From contig CAVOYH010000003.1 of assembly GCA_963700635.1 (NCBI GenBank), positions 704,001-768,000 on the forward strand: 64,000 nucleotides of DNA. Direction: 5' to 3'. Below are positions 19,065 to 29,252 of this stretch, piece by piece (within the stretch, counting starts at the first letter, position 1; each line of letters opens with the position of its first letter). Both the position numbers and the translations under genes were made by a program. Below the pieces are notes generated by a model. It was not told the origin of the DNA and made no database searches. It saw only the letters and a program-made list of their open reading frames with translations. The stretch is from an uncultured Bacteroidota bacterium. Lineage in GTDB: Bacteria > Bacteroidota > Ignavibacteria > UBA10030 > UBA6906.

Positions 19065-19936
19065 TGTAATGCTTTCGCAAGAGTTTTTGTGTTGTATTCC
19101 ATAAGACTGATATACCCGGTTACCCCGTCAACACCACCGCTCGAAGTGGGGAGCCGGAGCACTTGTGCGCCTGTTGCCCGCGCGATCTGGTCTGCGGCGC
19201 TGGAATCATAGAAGGGCTCAACCACAATGGCCTTGATGCCTGAATTCCGGACCAGCGTGATCAGCTCGGCCGTGTGACCCGGGCTGGGGGAAATCCCCGG
19301 TTTGGGCTCAACCTGATCCGCGACCGTCAATCCAAGCCAGGCCGCAAAGTAACTCCAGCTTCTGTGAAACGTGACAACTTTTCTTCCCCTGAAGGGTTTC
19401 ATGGCGCGTTCCCACCCAACGATCATCCCATCGAGTGTTTTCAGATATGCCTCAGCGTTGGCGCGAAAGTACGGTTCATCAGAAGGGGATTTGCGCACAA
19501 GAGCCTGGACGATGTCTTCCACCACGATCCGCACATTTCGGGGATCAAGCCAGTAATGAGGGTTCCCAAAGCGGTGGACATCACCCTGGCTGGCGTCGGG
19601 TCTTGCGGGAATCTCGAGCTTCTGAATACGTTTTGAGAGGTCCACCACTTCCAGCGTGGTATTCCGTGACCCGTCCACGATCTGCGGAGCCCACAGTTCG
19701 AGATCCATTCCAATGATCAAAAAGAGATCGGCGGATTTAAGCTTCATCATGTAACTTGGTTTGATTTCAATGTAGTGGGGATTCTGGTCGCCCCGCACGA
19801 TATAGTCCACGGCAACCCTGTCTCCACCAACCTGCCGGGTCAGGTCGGCAATGTCGGGTAACGATGTCACAACCCGTACCGTTGCCTGTGCAACACCGGC
19901 CAGCAAGACGGTGACAAGAATCAAAAAGAATTTCAT
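19061..19936 (-). CDS. Metal ABC transporter substrate-binding protein (ZnuA/TroA family)
   Basis: Signal peptide; QNPHY, GNPHYWLDP, TFHRSWSYF. Confidence 0.9.
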   Translation of the reverse strand: MKFFLILVTVLLAGVAQATVRVVTSLPDIADLTRQVGGDRVAVDYIVRGDQNPHYIEIKPSYMMKLKSADLFLIIGMDLELWAPQIVDGSRNTTLEVVDLSKRIQKLEIPARPDASQGDVHRFGNPHYWLDPRNVRIVVEDIVQALVRKSPSDEPYFRANAEAYLKTLDGMIVGWERAMKPFRGRKVVTFHRSWSYFAAWLGLTVADQVEPKPGISPSPGHTAELITLVRNSGIKAIVVEPFYDSSAADQIARATGAQVLRLPTSSGGVDGVTGYISLMEYNTKTLAKALQ

Positions 19937-19974
19937 ACTGCTGCTCCTGTGGTCATACAAAGGGAGAATCGTAT

Positions 19975-21114
19975 CTAAAATGGATGTGCCCTGTGAGGGC
20001 CCAGAGAGAAGAGCGCCTGAAGCGCAATCAGATTTACCGATTGCGCGCCAGCCGGTTCTTCGGTTCGTGTATGCTGATACTGAATACGCAGACCGAGCGT
20101 CTCTTCAACCGGATAAAATCCCAGGAAAAGCGCCAGACCGGAAGCTCTCTCGCTTGTGCTGTACGGCGATTGCGTCCAATCGAATCGTATTCCTGCACTG
20201 TACGTCTTCAGGAATTGATAATCCACGTAAAGATACATTCCGGCGGAACGGATGGTCCTTTCTTCGGGATTGCCCCCTGCGGCCAGGAACGGATTCAACT
20301 CCTGATCCTGTTGCGCTTTCCTGATGTTCTGAAGAAACTCACCCTGAACCACAAGCGCGGTATAGGCATCGGGCCTGTACTTGTATTTGAAGTCAAGATT
20401 ACCATACCAGAACCGATGCCGGTGGTAGGGATCGTGGATCCCGGTATATCCGCTCAACCCGATTTCCAGGTCGCTGTTGTCAGCGAGAGCGAGAAAACCC
20501 GTCAATCGGGCTGACGTTGCATAAAACGGACTCCCCCCTGTTGAATCGGCAATTCCCGGACCATTCTTGATTGCCAACCCGCGCAAGAGGTCCACAGTCA
20601 GTCTTGTATAGAGGTCGCCCGTCGGAAGCAGGACGCTGGCCGAGACCCCGAGATCGTTAAGCCCGCTTTCGCCGAGGAATCGTTCCTGCGACAGGGGCTG
20701 GGTGACAAATGGCCAGACATGGGGATGCATCAGGTTAAGTTTCCCGAACTCCGCCCGGTATTTGCCGAACCGGATGTTCAGGTCGAGTGGTAACCCCCGC
20801 AACACCGTAACGTACACCTCCTCGATACCAAGCCTGGAGCTTTCGAGATCAGGTCCGGGAAGCGTCAACACCAAATCACCTTTCGCAAACGGGTTAAGAT
20901 ATGCCTGCATGGCAAGTTCGAGTTCTTCAAAAGCGAAGTCAGGTTGACTGAATTGTCGTTTTCCTTCAGCAAGTTTTTCCCCGTCGTTGGTCTGGACAAG
21001 AAAACGGGGAATCACACTGATCTCAGGGTTCCCAGAAGACTGGCAAAACGTGTTGGACGGTATGAGTGTCGCCATTGCCAGTACCACTGGCATCCATGGT
21101 GCAGGACAGTGCAT
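19975..21114 (-). CDS. Putative outer-membrane beta-barrel protein associated with the metal ABC transporter
   Basis: NPEISVI N-terminus; FGKLNLMHPH; alternating beta strands; C-terminal LGPHRAHPF. GGAG RBS before the ATG at 21114. Confidence 0.7.
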   Translation of the reverse strand: MHCPAPWMPVVLAMATLIPSNTFCQSSGNPEISVIPRFLVQTNDGEKLAEGKRQFSQPDFAFEELELAMQAYLNPFAKGDLVLTLPGPDLESSRLGIEEVYVTVLRGLPLDLNIRFGKYRAEFGKLNLMHPHVWPFVTQPLSQERFLGESGLNDLGVSASVLLPTGDLYTRLTVDLLRGLAIKNGPGIADSTGGSPFYATSARLTGFLALADNSDLEIGLSGYTGIHDPYHRHRFWYGNLDFKYKYRPDAYTALVVQGEFLQNIRKAQQDQELNPFLAAGGNPEERTIRSAGMYLYVDYQFLKTYSAGIRFDWTQSPYSTSERASGLALFLGFYPVEETLGLRIQYQHTRTEEPAGAQSVNLIALQALFSLGPHRAHPF

Positions 21115-21187
21115 AAAGATCTCCAAAGACAAGTGTGACACACATGAGCGGATCCGGGCACTCCCGTTGGCTCTGCCCGGTCGCTCT

Positions 21188-22420
21188 TTATCGATTAAAC
21201 GGCACGCTGATGGATCCAAGCACCACAGACCGAGATGCTCCGGTAACGGACGGCAGATTCGTTGGATGTCCGGCCAAGGTTTCATTCGCGAGAATCGCAA
21301 AACAGATCGCCTCTTTGGCATCCGCATTCATACCGCAGGCCTCCGCAGTTTCTACGCGCACGCCGCCGAACAGCTCGCGCAGACATTCCAGGAAGAACCG
21401 GTTCCGGGCTCCTCCCCCGCTGACGATAATCTCATCCACCTGCATCCGATTCTTCACAAACCGGATGTACGCATCGTGCACTGCCAGGGGGGTGAGCAGT
21501 GCAACGGTATGAATGATATCGTCCGGCAGCATGCCTCTGCTCTTTTCCAGGATCAATTCCACGAACTGTTCCCCGAACACTTCACGCCCTGTGGACTTTG
21601 GAGGTCGCTGGCGAAAATAGGGGTGCCGGCTCAGCGGGGTGAGTAATGCGGGAATGATGTTTCCCCGGGAAGCAACACGCCCGTCGCGGTCAAACCGGCG
21701 ACCATAGAAATGTTTCATCAGAGCATCCACGACCATATTCCCGGGACCGGTATCAAAAGCAAACACGTCTTCTGCTGTGCATCCTTTGGGGAGTACGGTG
21801 ATATTTGCTATACCGCCGATGTTGAGGAGAATCCGACCGGATGTTTTGGAACGGAACGTAAGCCAGTCGAAGTAAGGCACAAGCGGCGCACCCTGCCCGC
21901 CCGCCGCCATGTCTGCAATCCGAAAGTTTCCAACCGTCGGTATCCCGGTCAACGTTGCAAGGGCTGATGGATCGCCGATCTGCAGGGTGGCCCGGATAGG
22001 TTTGCCTGCAATTTTCACAGAGTGGGGAAGGTGGTGGACAGTTTGGCCGTGTGATCCGATCAGGGTGATGTGCCGCATTGACACCCTGGCCTTGCGGGCG
22101 ACGAGACGCACGGTATCGGCATACAGATGAGCAAGCAACATATTGAGCCTGGTGAGATCGTCAACCCGGGCAGTTTCAGCGCGGGAATTCCGCAGCAGCA
22201 TGGACCGAACCGAGGGTGGAAAGGGGCGTTCCACGTATGCAAGTTGTTCGAACCGAGTTGTCACACCAGTGCCCCTCACCCGGAGCAGCACCGCATCGAT
22301 ACCATCCAGAGAGGTCCCCGACATCAACCCCACAATCAGTTTTTCGCGCTTCCGGAGGGTCTGGGAGTCCCGGCGTACCCGGGACGTCCGCATTCTGCTA
22401 CCCGTTTTGTCAATCGGCAT
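21188..22420 (-). CDS. anmK: Anhydro-N-acetylmuramic acid kinase
   Basis: GLMSGTSLDGID, GSHGQT, GGQGAPLVP, NIGGIAN, FDTGPGN, PKSTGRE. Start uncertain. Confidence 0.95.
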   Translation of the reverse strand: MPIDKTGSRMRTSRVRRDSQTLRKREKLIVGLMSGTSLDGIDAVLLRVRGTGVTTRFEQLAYVERPFPPSVRSMLLRNSRAETARVDDLTRLNMLLAHLYADTVRLVARKARVSMRHITLIGSHGQTVHHLPHSVKIAGKPIRATLQIGDPSALATLTGIPTVGNFRIADMAAGGQGAPLVPYFDWLTFRSKTSGRILLNIGGIANITVLPKGCTAEDVFAFDTGPGNMVVDALMKHFYGRRFDRDGRVASRGNIIPALLTPLSRHPYFRQRPPKSTGREVFGEQFVELILEKSRGMLPDDIIHTVALLTPLAVHDAYIRFVKNRMQVDEIIVSGGGARNRFFLECLRELFGGVRVETAEACGMNADAKEAICFAILANETLAGHPTNLPSVTGASRSVVLGSISVPFNR

Positions 22421-22487
22421 GGTGTTCCATCCCTGTATTTGGAGCTTCCTTCTTCATTCTTATCCCTCTCCTTCGTATCTTCTTTCT

Positions 22488-23354
22488 ATGCCTTCGCCTC
22501 CGCTCCTCGGTACCCACGTTTCTGTCGCGGGTGGTATACACACCGCGTTTGACCGGGCTACAACTATCGGTTGCGCCACGATGCAGGTCTTTGTCAAAAA
22601 TGCCAACCGTTGGAATGCCCGCCCGTTGAGCGAATCGGACATCCAAAACTACAAAACTGCGGCTGCCGGTGCAAGCGTCAGTCCGGTAGTCGCCCATGCA
22701 GCATATCTGATCAATCTGTGTGCGGTTCAGCCCGAAACGTTACAGCGGTCCCGGTTGGGCTTCGAAGATGAACTACGTCGCTGTGAAGCGCTGGGTATGA
22801 TGGGACTTGTCGTCCATCCCGGAGCCCACATGGGCGCCGGCGAGGGAGAGGGAGTCCGGCAGATCGCAGAATCACTCAATATCATCCATCTGCGCACGCC
22901 GGAATTTTCTACGCTCACCGTGCTCGAAGTCACTGCCGGTCAGGGAACAGCGATCGGGTACAGGTTTGAACATCTCCGAGACATCCTCGACCGGCTTGAT
23001 GAACCGGCCCGCGCAGGAATCTGCCTCGACACATGCCATGCGTTTGCCGCAGGCTACGATATCCGCACGGCGGAAGGATGGGAAAACCTCTTGCAGGATT
23101 GTGAGGCAACGGTCGGAATACACCGCCTCAAGGTAATTCACGTCAACGATTCCCAGAAGGATCTTGGTTCACGCCGTGACCGGCACGAACATATCGGCAA
23201 AGGAAAAATCGGTGTGGAAGGATTCCGTTTTCTGATGAACGATCCCCGCCTGTCCGGCGTTCCCAAAATCCTCGAAACTGAAAAAAGTGAAGACATGCAC
23301 GAAGACGTAGAGAACATGAATCTGTTACGATCCCTGCTCCGGAGCCCTGAATGA
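22488..23354 (+). CDS. nfo: Endonuclease IV
   Basis: LGTHVS.AGG, HAAYLINL, HPG, DTCHAFAAGY, HVNDS, DRHEHIGKG. Confidence 0.95.
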   Translation: MPSPPLLGTHVSVAGGIHTAFDRATTIGCATMQVFVKNANRWNARPLSESDIQNYKTAAAGASVSPVVAHAAYLINLCAVQPETLQRSRLGFEDELRRCEALGMMGLVVHPGAHMGAGEGEGVRQIAESLNIIHLRTPEFSTLTVLEVTAGQGTAIGYRFEHLRDILDRLDEPARAGICLDTCHAFAAGYDIRTAEGWENLLQDCEATVGIHRLKVIHVNDSQKDLGSRRDRHEHIGKGKIGVEGFRFLMNDPRLSGVPKILETEKSEDMHEDVENMNLLRSLLRSPE

Positions 23355-25798
23355 CCCCACGTCCGTTCGCCATCTTCTGTGTCGCTGTGTTGTGCACATT
23401 TCTCTCACACGCACAGGAACTGTTTCCGGTCCGGGATGCGGGCGAAGCACGGAATCGGAGTTACGACGTCCTGCACTACCGCATTGAGGTCTCGTTTGAC
23501 GAACCCGGCCGCACCGTGTTCGGCAAAGTGACAACAACTCTGGTTCCGTTCAACACGGGATTCCGGGTGCTTGTCTTTGATGCGGAGGAGATGCACATCC
23601 AGAAGGTGTCGCTCCGATCGGGGTTACCCCTTTTGTTCGAACAGGACTCCACGACCGTCACGATCTCTCTGGACAGGGGGTACAGTCTGTATGATACGAT
23701 AACGGTTTCTCTGGAATACTCGTGCACTCCGAGAAAAGGGCTCTATTTCGTTCAACCCGATTCCGGATATCCGGACAAGCCGCGCCAGATATGGACCCAG
23801 GGTGAAGACATGGACAACCACTTCTGGTTTCCATGTTACGATTTTCCAAATGACAAGGCCACCTCGGAAGTTATCGCCACGGTTTCGCGTGATCTGACCG
23901 TCCTCTCCAACGGAGCCCTGCTGGGAATCCGGGAGGACAAGAAAGCGGGAACACGGACTTTCCACTGGAAACAATCCAAGCCGCACGCTTCCTATCTGAT
24001 TATGCTGGCCATTGGCAAGTACACGGTGATCCGCGAAAACGCCGGCGCTGTTCCGCTCGAGTACTATGTGTATCCTCATGCCGTCGAGGACGCACGTATC
24101 TGTTTCCGGGAAACGGCGGATATTATGCGGTTCTTTAACGAGAAAATCGGATTTCCTTATCCGTGGGAGAAGTACGCCCAGGTTCTTATTCATGAATTCG
24201 TCGTGGGCGGGATGGAGAATACCAGCGCAACAAGTTTGATGGATGATGCCACCGTTTTTGACGCGCGTGCGCGGGTCGACCATTCGCCGACGAGCCTGAT
24301 TGCACACGAACTGGCACATCAGTGGTGGGGGGATGTGGTCACCTGTAAGGACTGGCGGCATCTCTGGCTCAATGAAAGTTTCGCCAGTTATTTTGATCCG
24401 TTGTATCACGAGACTACGCTTGGCAGGGATCAATTCGATTTTACCATGTATGAAGCTCAGAGAGCGGGCATCAACGCCGACAAGACGCTCGGCCGCAAGC
24501 CCATTGTGAGTGTGGGTTCCTACGGAACCAACCTCTATCCCCGCGGCGCTTCAGTTTTGCATATGCTCAGATTCCATCTCGGCGATGAGCTGTTCTGGCG
24601 CGCCCTGCGTCACTATATCACGAAACACCAGTTTACTTCTGTTGAAACAAATGACTTCAAAGTCGCCATCGAAGAAGCAACGGGTCAGAATCTGTACTGG
24701 TTTTTCGACCAGTGGGTGTACGGGGCCGGATATCCGGTATTCTCCGTTACCTCATCATGGCAGGATTCCTCGAAAAGACTCCTTCTGCGTGTCACGCAGA
24801 CGCAGACCATGGACAGCCTTACCGGAGTCTTCCGGACCCCGGTTGACATCGAGGTGACGACTGCACGGGGCGTTTCAACACACCGGGTCATGATCACCGT
24901 ACAGGATACCGTTTTTTCGCTGCCGATCCCCTTTGCCCCGCGACTGGTTATTTTTGACAAGGGAAACTGGCTGCTCAAGGATCTCCAGTTCACAAAGTCC
25001 ATCGAGGAGTGGATTGTGCAGGCCGAAGAGGCGAGCAGTCCGATCGATCGTCTCCGCGCGCTCGACCATCTCATGACCGTTGACGATTCCGCCAGAATAC
25101 TTCCGATCGTGACCCGGCGGGCGGATTCTGATTCTTTCTGGGCTGTGCGTCAGGAAGCGGTCCAGATGCTCGGAATGGTGAGCGGAGGCTTTGCCCCCTC
25201 CCGACCGGAGGCACATGATGCGCTCCTCCGAGCGGCGCGGGACAAACACCCGGCGGTCCGGGGGACTGCGATTGCATTCCTGACGGATTCCGGCGATGTA
25301 GGGATGATCGCCGCTCTCCGTGAGGCATTGCGTGATTCCAGTTACACGATAGTGGCACGGGCGTTACGTGCGCTTGCCAGGGCAGCGCCGGATGAAGCCC
25401 GAGCGACGATTCCATCATACCTGGACATGCCCTCGCACGGCCATGTGATTGCATCAGCAGCACTGTCGGCGCTTGCAGAGGTTGATACCGTCATGGCGCG
25501 GCAGCACGCAGTAATCCGTGTGCGTTACGGGAATCCCCCGCCTGTACGTGGGGCGGCGCTGCGCATCCTGCGCCGGTTTGCCGCACATCGATCGATCTCG
25601 GCCGACGTGTTCCTGCCTCTGCTCATGGAGAGAAGCGTGTGGTTACGTAATGCTGCAATCGCCGCACTGGGTGACTGCGGTGGGACAGAATCGTTGCCGT
25701 CACTCGACGCGATCGGGGCTGATTCCAAAAATCCCTCAGCGAAGATCGCACGGCAAAGTGCGACGAAAATCCGTTCACGCGGCGAATCGAAAGGGTGA
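23351..25798 (+). CDS. Secreted M1-family aminopeptidase with C-terminal HEAT repeats
   Basis: GGMEN, HELAHQWWG...WLNESFA; HEAT-like helical C-terminus; signal peptide. Confidence 0.92.
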   Translation: MTPRPFAIFCVAVLCTFLSHAQELFPVRDAGEARNRSYDVLHYRIEVSFDEPGRTVFGKVTTTLVPFNTGFRVLVFDAEEMHIQKVSLRSGLPLLFEQDSTTVTISLDRGYSLYDTITVSLEYSCTPRKGLYFVQPDSGYPDKPRQIWTQGEDMDNHFWFPCYDFPNDKATSEVIATVSRDLTVLSNGALLGIREDKKAGTRTFHWKQSKPHASYLIMLAIGKYTVIRENAGAVPLEYYVYPHAVEDARICFRETADIMRFFNEKIGFPYPWEKYAQVLIHEFVVGGMENTSATSLMDDATVFDARARVDHSPTSLIAHELAHQWWGDVVTCKDWRHLWLNESFASYFDPLYHETTLGRDQFDFTMYEAQRAGINADKTLGRKPIVSVGSYGTNLYPRGASVLHMLRFHLGDELFWRALRHYITKHQFTSVETNDFKVAIEEATGQNLYWFFDQWVYGAGYPVFSVTSSWQDSSKRLLLRVTQTQTMDSLTGVFRTPVDIEVTTARGVSTHRVMITVQDTVFSLPIPFAPRLVIFDKGNWLLKDLQFTKSIEEWIVQAEEASSPIDRLRALDHLMTVDDSARILPIVTRRADSDSFWAVRQEAVQMLGMVSGGFAPSRPEAHDALLRAARDKHPAVRGTAIAFLTDSGDVGMIAALREALRDSSYTIVARALRALARAAPDEARATIPSYLDMPSHGHVIASAALSALAEVDTVMARQHAVIRVRYGNPPPVRGAALRILRRFAAHRSISADVFLPLLMERSVWLRNAAIAALGDCGGTESLPSLDAIGADSKNPSAKIARQSATKIRSRGESKG

Positions 25799-25801
25799 GT
25801 C

Positions 25802-26782
25802 ATGGCGTTGTATCGCGTTGTTCTCGTATGTGCTCTTGCATTCGGAATCTGCTGCAATGGATGCCGGCACACTCCCAGGAGAGCATCTCCAGCTGAAAAC
25901 TCGCAGGGATCGTATTCCAGGAGGATCAGTTTTTTCGTCTTGTGATCTTCGGGATGAGAGACGCAGCAGAGCGGGAAGGAATGGAACTGCTCGAAGGCAA
26001 ACAGTGCAGGAAGACCCGACAAGGAAATCCAACTGGTGAACACGTATATTGCACAGGGAGTTGACGCTATAATTATTTCACCTCTCAAGTTGCACGCGCT
26101 TCGATTAGTGCCCTGGAGCGCGCACGATCCCGGGGAATCGTTGTGATCACATACAATACCACTGTCGCACGGGACATCCCCACCGCCTACATTGAAAGCA
26201 GCCAGGAAGAACTCGGCGCTTTAACCGGCAAAGCTGCTCGTGCATATATTGAGCATACATTGGGAGGCAAGGCGGAGGCGGCATGCCGGCATTCGATTCA
26301 CAAGCACCTGAACAGAGCAGGGCACGAAGAGAGGGATTTGTTTCCCAGATTGTCTCCCTGCCCGGAGTCAGGGTTGTCTCCACACAGGATGCCTGGCTGG
26401 CTGAACAGGCGGTGAAAAAAGCGGGGGACATCCTCACGGCAAATCCGGAGGTTAACGTGCTCTGGGCGGCAAATGAAGGCGGAACCGTCGGCGCCGTGAT
26501 GGCAGTAAAAAATTCAGGTAGGGCCGGCCGGATTGTTGTATTCGGTACCGATTCGGGGGAACAACTTGCAGACTTTCTTCTGGCCGACGACGGTATCCTC
26601 CAAGCTGTCACTGGCCAACAGCCATTCGCAATCGGTGCACAGTCCGTTCTGACTGCGGTCAAGACCCTCAGGGGAGAACCTGTGGAAAAGAGGATCTACT
26701 CTCCCGGGGCGTCTGCTCACACGCCAAAATCAGGATGATGTTCGACAATTCAAAGCAGAATTGCAGAAGACCCTGAACAGTG
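25802..26782 (+). pseudogene. Sugar ABC transporter substrate-binding protein (RbsB-like), multiply frameshifted
   Basis: Pieces in different frames: a signal/lipoprotein-like start, AGIVFQEDQFFRLV, EIQLVNTYIAQGVDAIIISP, VITYNT, WAANEGG, VFGTD, QQPFAIG. May be sequencing indels. Confidence 0.75.
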
Positions 26783-28278
26783 ACAAGCCTGGAACTTCAA
26801 GGGAATATCCAGGTCTTTTCCCAGGCACTCTCGGCCCTTAAAGACTTTACCGTTCACTGGGAGGGCGGCAAGATACATGCCCTGATCGGTCGTAACGGTG
26901 CCGGCAAGAGCACACTCGTCAGAATACTGACCGGCGCCCTGTCACCAACAACGGGAACGATTACGCCTGAATGGCAGATCCCCCGCAGGTTTCGGTCCCC
27001 TGTTGACGCACACCGGGTAGGTATTGCGGCAGTCTGTCAGGAACTAAGTCTGCTTCCCGATGTAAACGTTGTTGAAAATGTCCTTCTCGGACATTTGCCG
27101 GTTCGCCGGGGGATTATCCCTGGGCGTATCGATTGGCAGGCTGCGCAACAACGTACCCGTGATCTTCTGGATCGTCTGCACGTTTCCCTGCCTCTCGGTG
27201 TTCCGATCCGCCACCTTTCGGTCGCCCAGCAGCAGCTGGTAGAGATCGTCAAGGCCATGGGATCCTCGCCCGATGTCCTCCTCCTCGACGAACCGACCTC
27301 GGCACTTTCCTATACTGAGGCGCAGAGCGTGTTTTCCCTCCTGAGGACCCTCGCTGACAATGGTGTTCTCATTATTTACATTACCCATCGGCTCCAGGAG
27401 ATACGTCCTCTGGCAGATACCGTGACAGCACTTCGGGATGGGGTTTCCGGAGGAACTGTTTTGTCAGAAGAAGCGACCCCCGGGCGAATGGTGACAATGA
27501 TGTTCGGGGAGAATATCCGGTTTACACGCATGGTGGAACACTCTCCAACATCATCCGTAGTGCTGGAGGTCCGCGGCCTGACCCACCGCCGGCATTTGCC
27601 GACGTGACGTTTTCTCTGCACGCCGGCGAACTGCTGGGCATTGCAGGTTTGATGGGTTCAGGCCGCACAGAACTACTACGCACACTTGCCGGTGCAGACG
27701 CCGCTGACGCCGGGGTGATGGTGATCGACGGGAGCGTCTGTACTCCCCGCACGCCTGCGCAAATGAAGCGCCTTGGCATCGTGATGACTCCCGAGAACCG
27801 TAAGGACCATGGTCTTGTCGCGTTGATGAATACACGCACCAATATCTCCCTGGCAAGTTTGGATCGACTCGCGCCATATGCCATCACCAGCCGGCGGCGT
27901 GAAGACGAGGTTGTTACCCGCATGAAGCGCGAGCTACATCTTTCTGTCCCTAATCCTGAATCACCCGTCTCCTCACTGAGCGGCGGCAATCAGCAGAAAG
28001 TCGTACTCGGAAAGTGGCTGGCGACTGCGCCGCGTGTACTGCTTCTGGACGAACCCACGCGGGGCATCGATCTCAAGACAAAAGTACAGATCTTTCAGAC
28101 CATCCTTCGTTTGAGCCGCCAAGGAATGGGAATTGTCATCGTCTCCAGCGAATTTGAAGAGCTGCTCCTTCTGTGCCACCGGCTCATGTTCATGCGGCAC
28201 GGACGCATCACCGGCAGCACCGACGCGGGATCGGTGCGCGTCGAAGACCTTCTTGCTCGATGCATGGAATCGTCATGA
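26780..28278 (+). pseudogene. Sugar ABC transporter ATP-binding protein (RbsA-like), split by a frameshift near 27604
   Basis: GRNGAGKST, LDEPTSAL and ITHRL in 26780-27607; GLMGSGRTEL, LSGGNQQK and LDEPTRGID in 27604-28278. Confidence 0.8.
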
Positions 28279-29252
28279 TCAATCGTGTGCGCCAGTTTGC
28301 TCTTGAGATTGTCCTCGTTGCCATGTGCGCTGTCCTGGCCTGGATGGCGCCGGGGTTCTTCACCACGGAGAATGTGCTCAATGTCCTGCGCAACAGTTCA
28401 ATGCAGGGAATTATCGCACTCGGGATGACCATGGTTATCATTGCAGGGGAGATTGACCTCAGCGTGGGATCAGCCGTCGCGTTTGCCGGTTGCTGGACAG
28501 CCTACATCACCGGTGTCCTGACCGGTTCCGCTCTGGGATTTGCACCGACTATCGCAGTCCCTGTGGCTATCCTCATCACAGTCGCGACTGGGCTTTTCGT
28601 GGGATCCTTTACGGGGTTCCTGCGAATGCAGTTTCGGGTACCATCATTCATCACGACCCTTGCACTTCTGACGGGTCTTAGTGGAGTGGCAGAACTGATA
28701 ACCGATGGATTTCCTCTGACGCCTTTTCCGCATTGGTACAACACTCTCGGCGGCGGATACCTCGCGGGAATACCTATTCCGGCTCTGGTGTTTCTTTGTG
28801 TATATATTATTACCCATGTGTTGATGAATCACACGGTCTTCGGCCGGTCTGTGTATGCTGTTGGCGGGAATTCTGAGGCAGCCCGATTAAGCGGAATACC
28901 GGTAGGCCGCATCAAGATCGCAGTCCTGGCTATAACAGCATCTCTCGCCTCGATTGCCGGCGTCTTACAATCCTCGGAAATCATGTCCGGCACCGCCACG
29001 ACAGCGAAGGGATGGGAGCTGGATATTATTGCAGCGGTAATTATTGGTGGTACCAGCCTTGCGGGGGGATCGGGAACAGTCCGCGGTACTATGGTCGGAA
29101 TCATCTTTTTGGGAGTGATAATCAACGGAATGACTCTTCTGAATATCAGCGAGTACTGGCAACATGTGGTCCGTGGGGCGCTCATCCTCACCGCAGTGCT
29201 CCTGAACCGCGCGCAGGACATGCGATCAAGGAACCAGGGAGTACGCGTATGA
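28275..29252 (+). CDS. Sugar ABC transporter permease (RbsC-like)
   Basis: GEIDLSVGS, PSFITTL, GRSVYAVGGNSEAARLSG, IAAVIIGGTSL.GG.G. Confidence 0.92.
   Translation: MINRVRQFALEIVLVAMCAVLAWMAPGFFTTENVLNVLRNSSMQGIIALGMTMVIIAGEIDLSVGSAVAFAGCWTAYITGVLTGSALGFAPTIAVPVAILITVATGLFVGSFTGFLRMQFRVPSFITTLALLTGLSGVAELITDGFPLTPFPHWYNTLGGGYLAGIPIPALVFLCVYIITHVLMNHTVFGRSVYAVGGNSEAARLSGIPVGRIKIAVLAITASLASIAGVLQSSEIMSGTATTAKGWELDIIAAVIIGGTSLAGGSGTVRGTMVGIIFLGVIINGMTLLNISEYWQHVVRGALILTAVLLNRAQDMRSRNQGVRV

Noticed and set aside
22143-22487. N-terminal 115-aa extension of nfo in the ORF track
   Set aside because: Overlaps anmK on the opposite strand; Nfo similarity starts at MPSPPLLGTHVS (22488).
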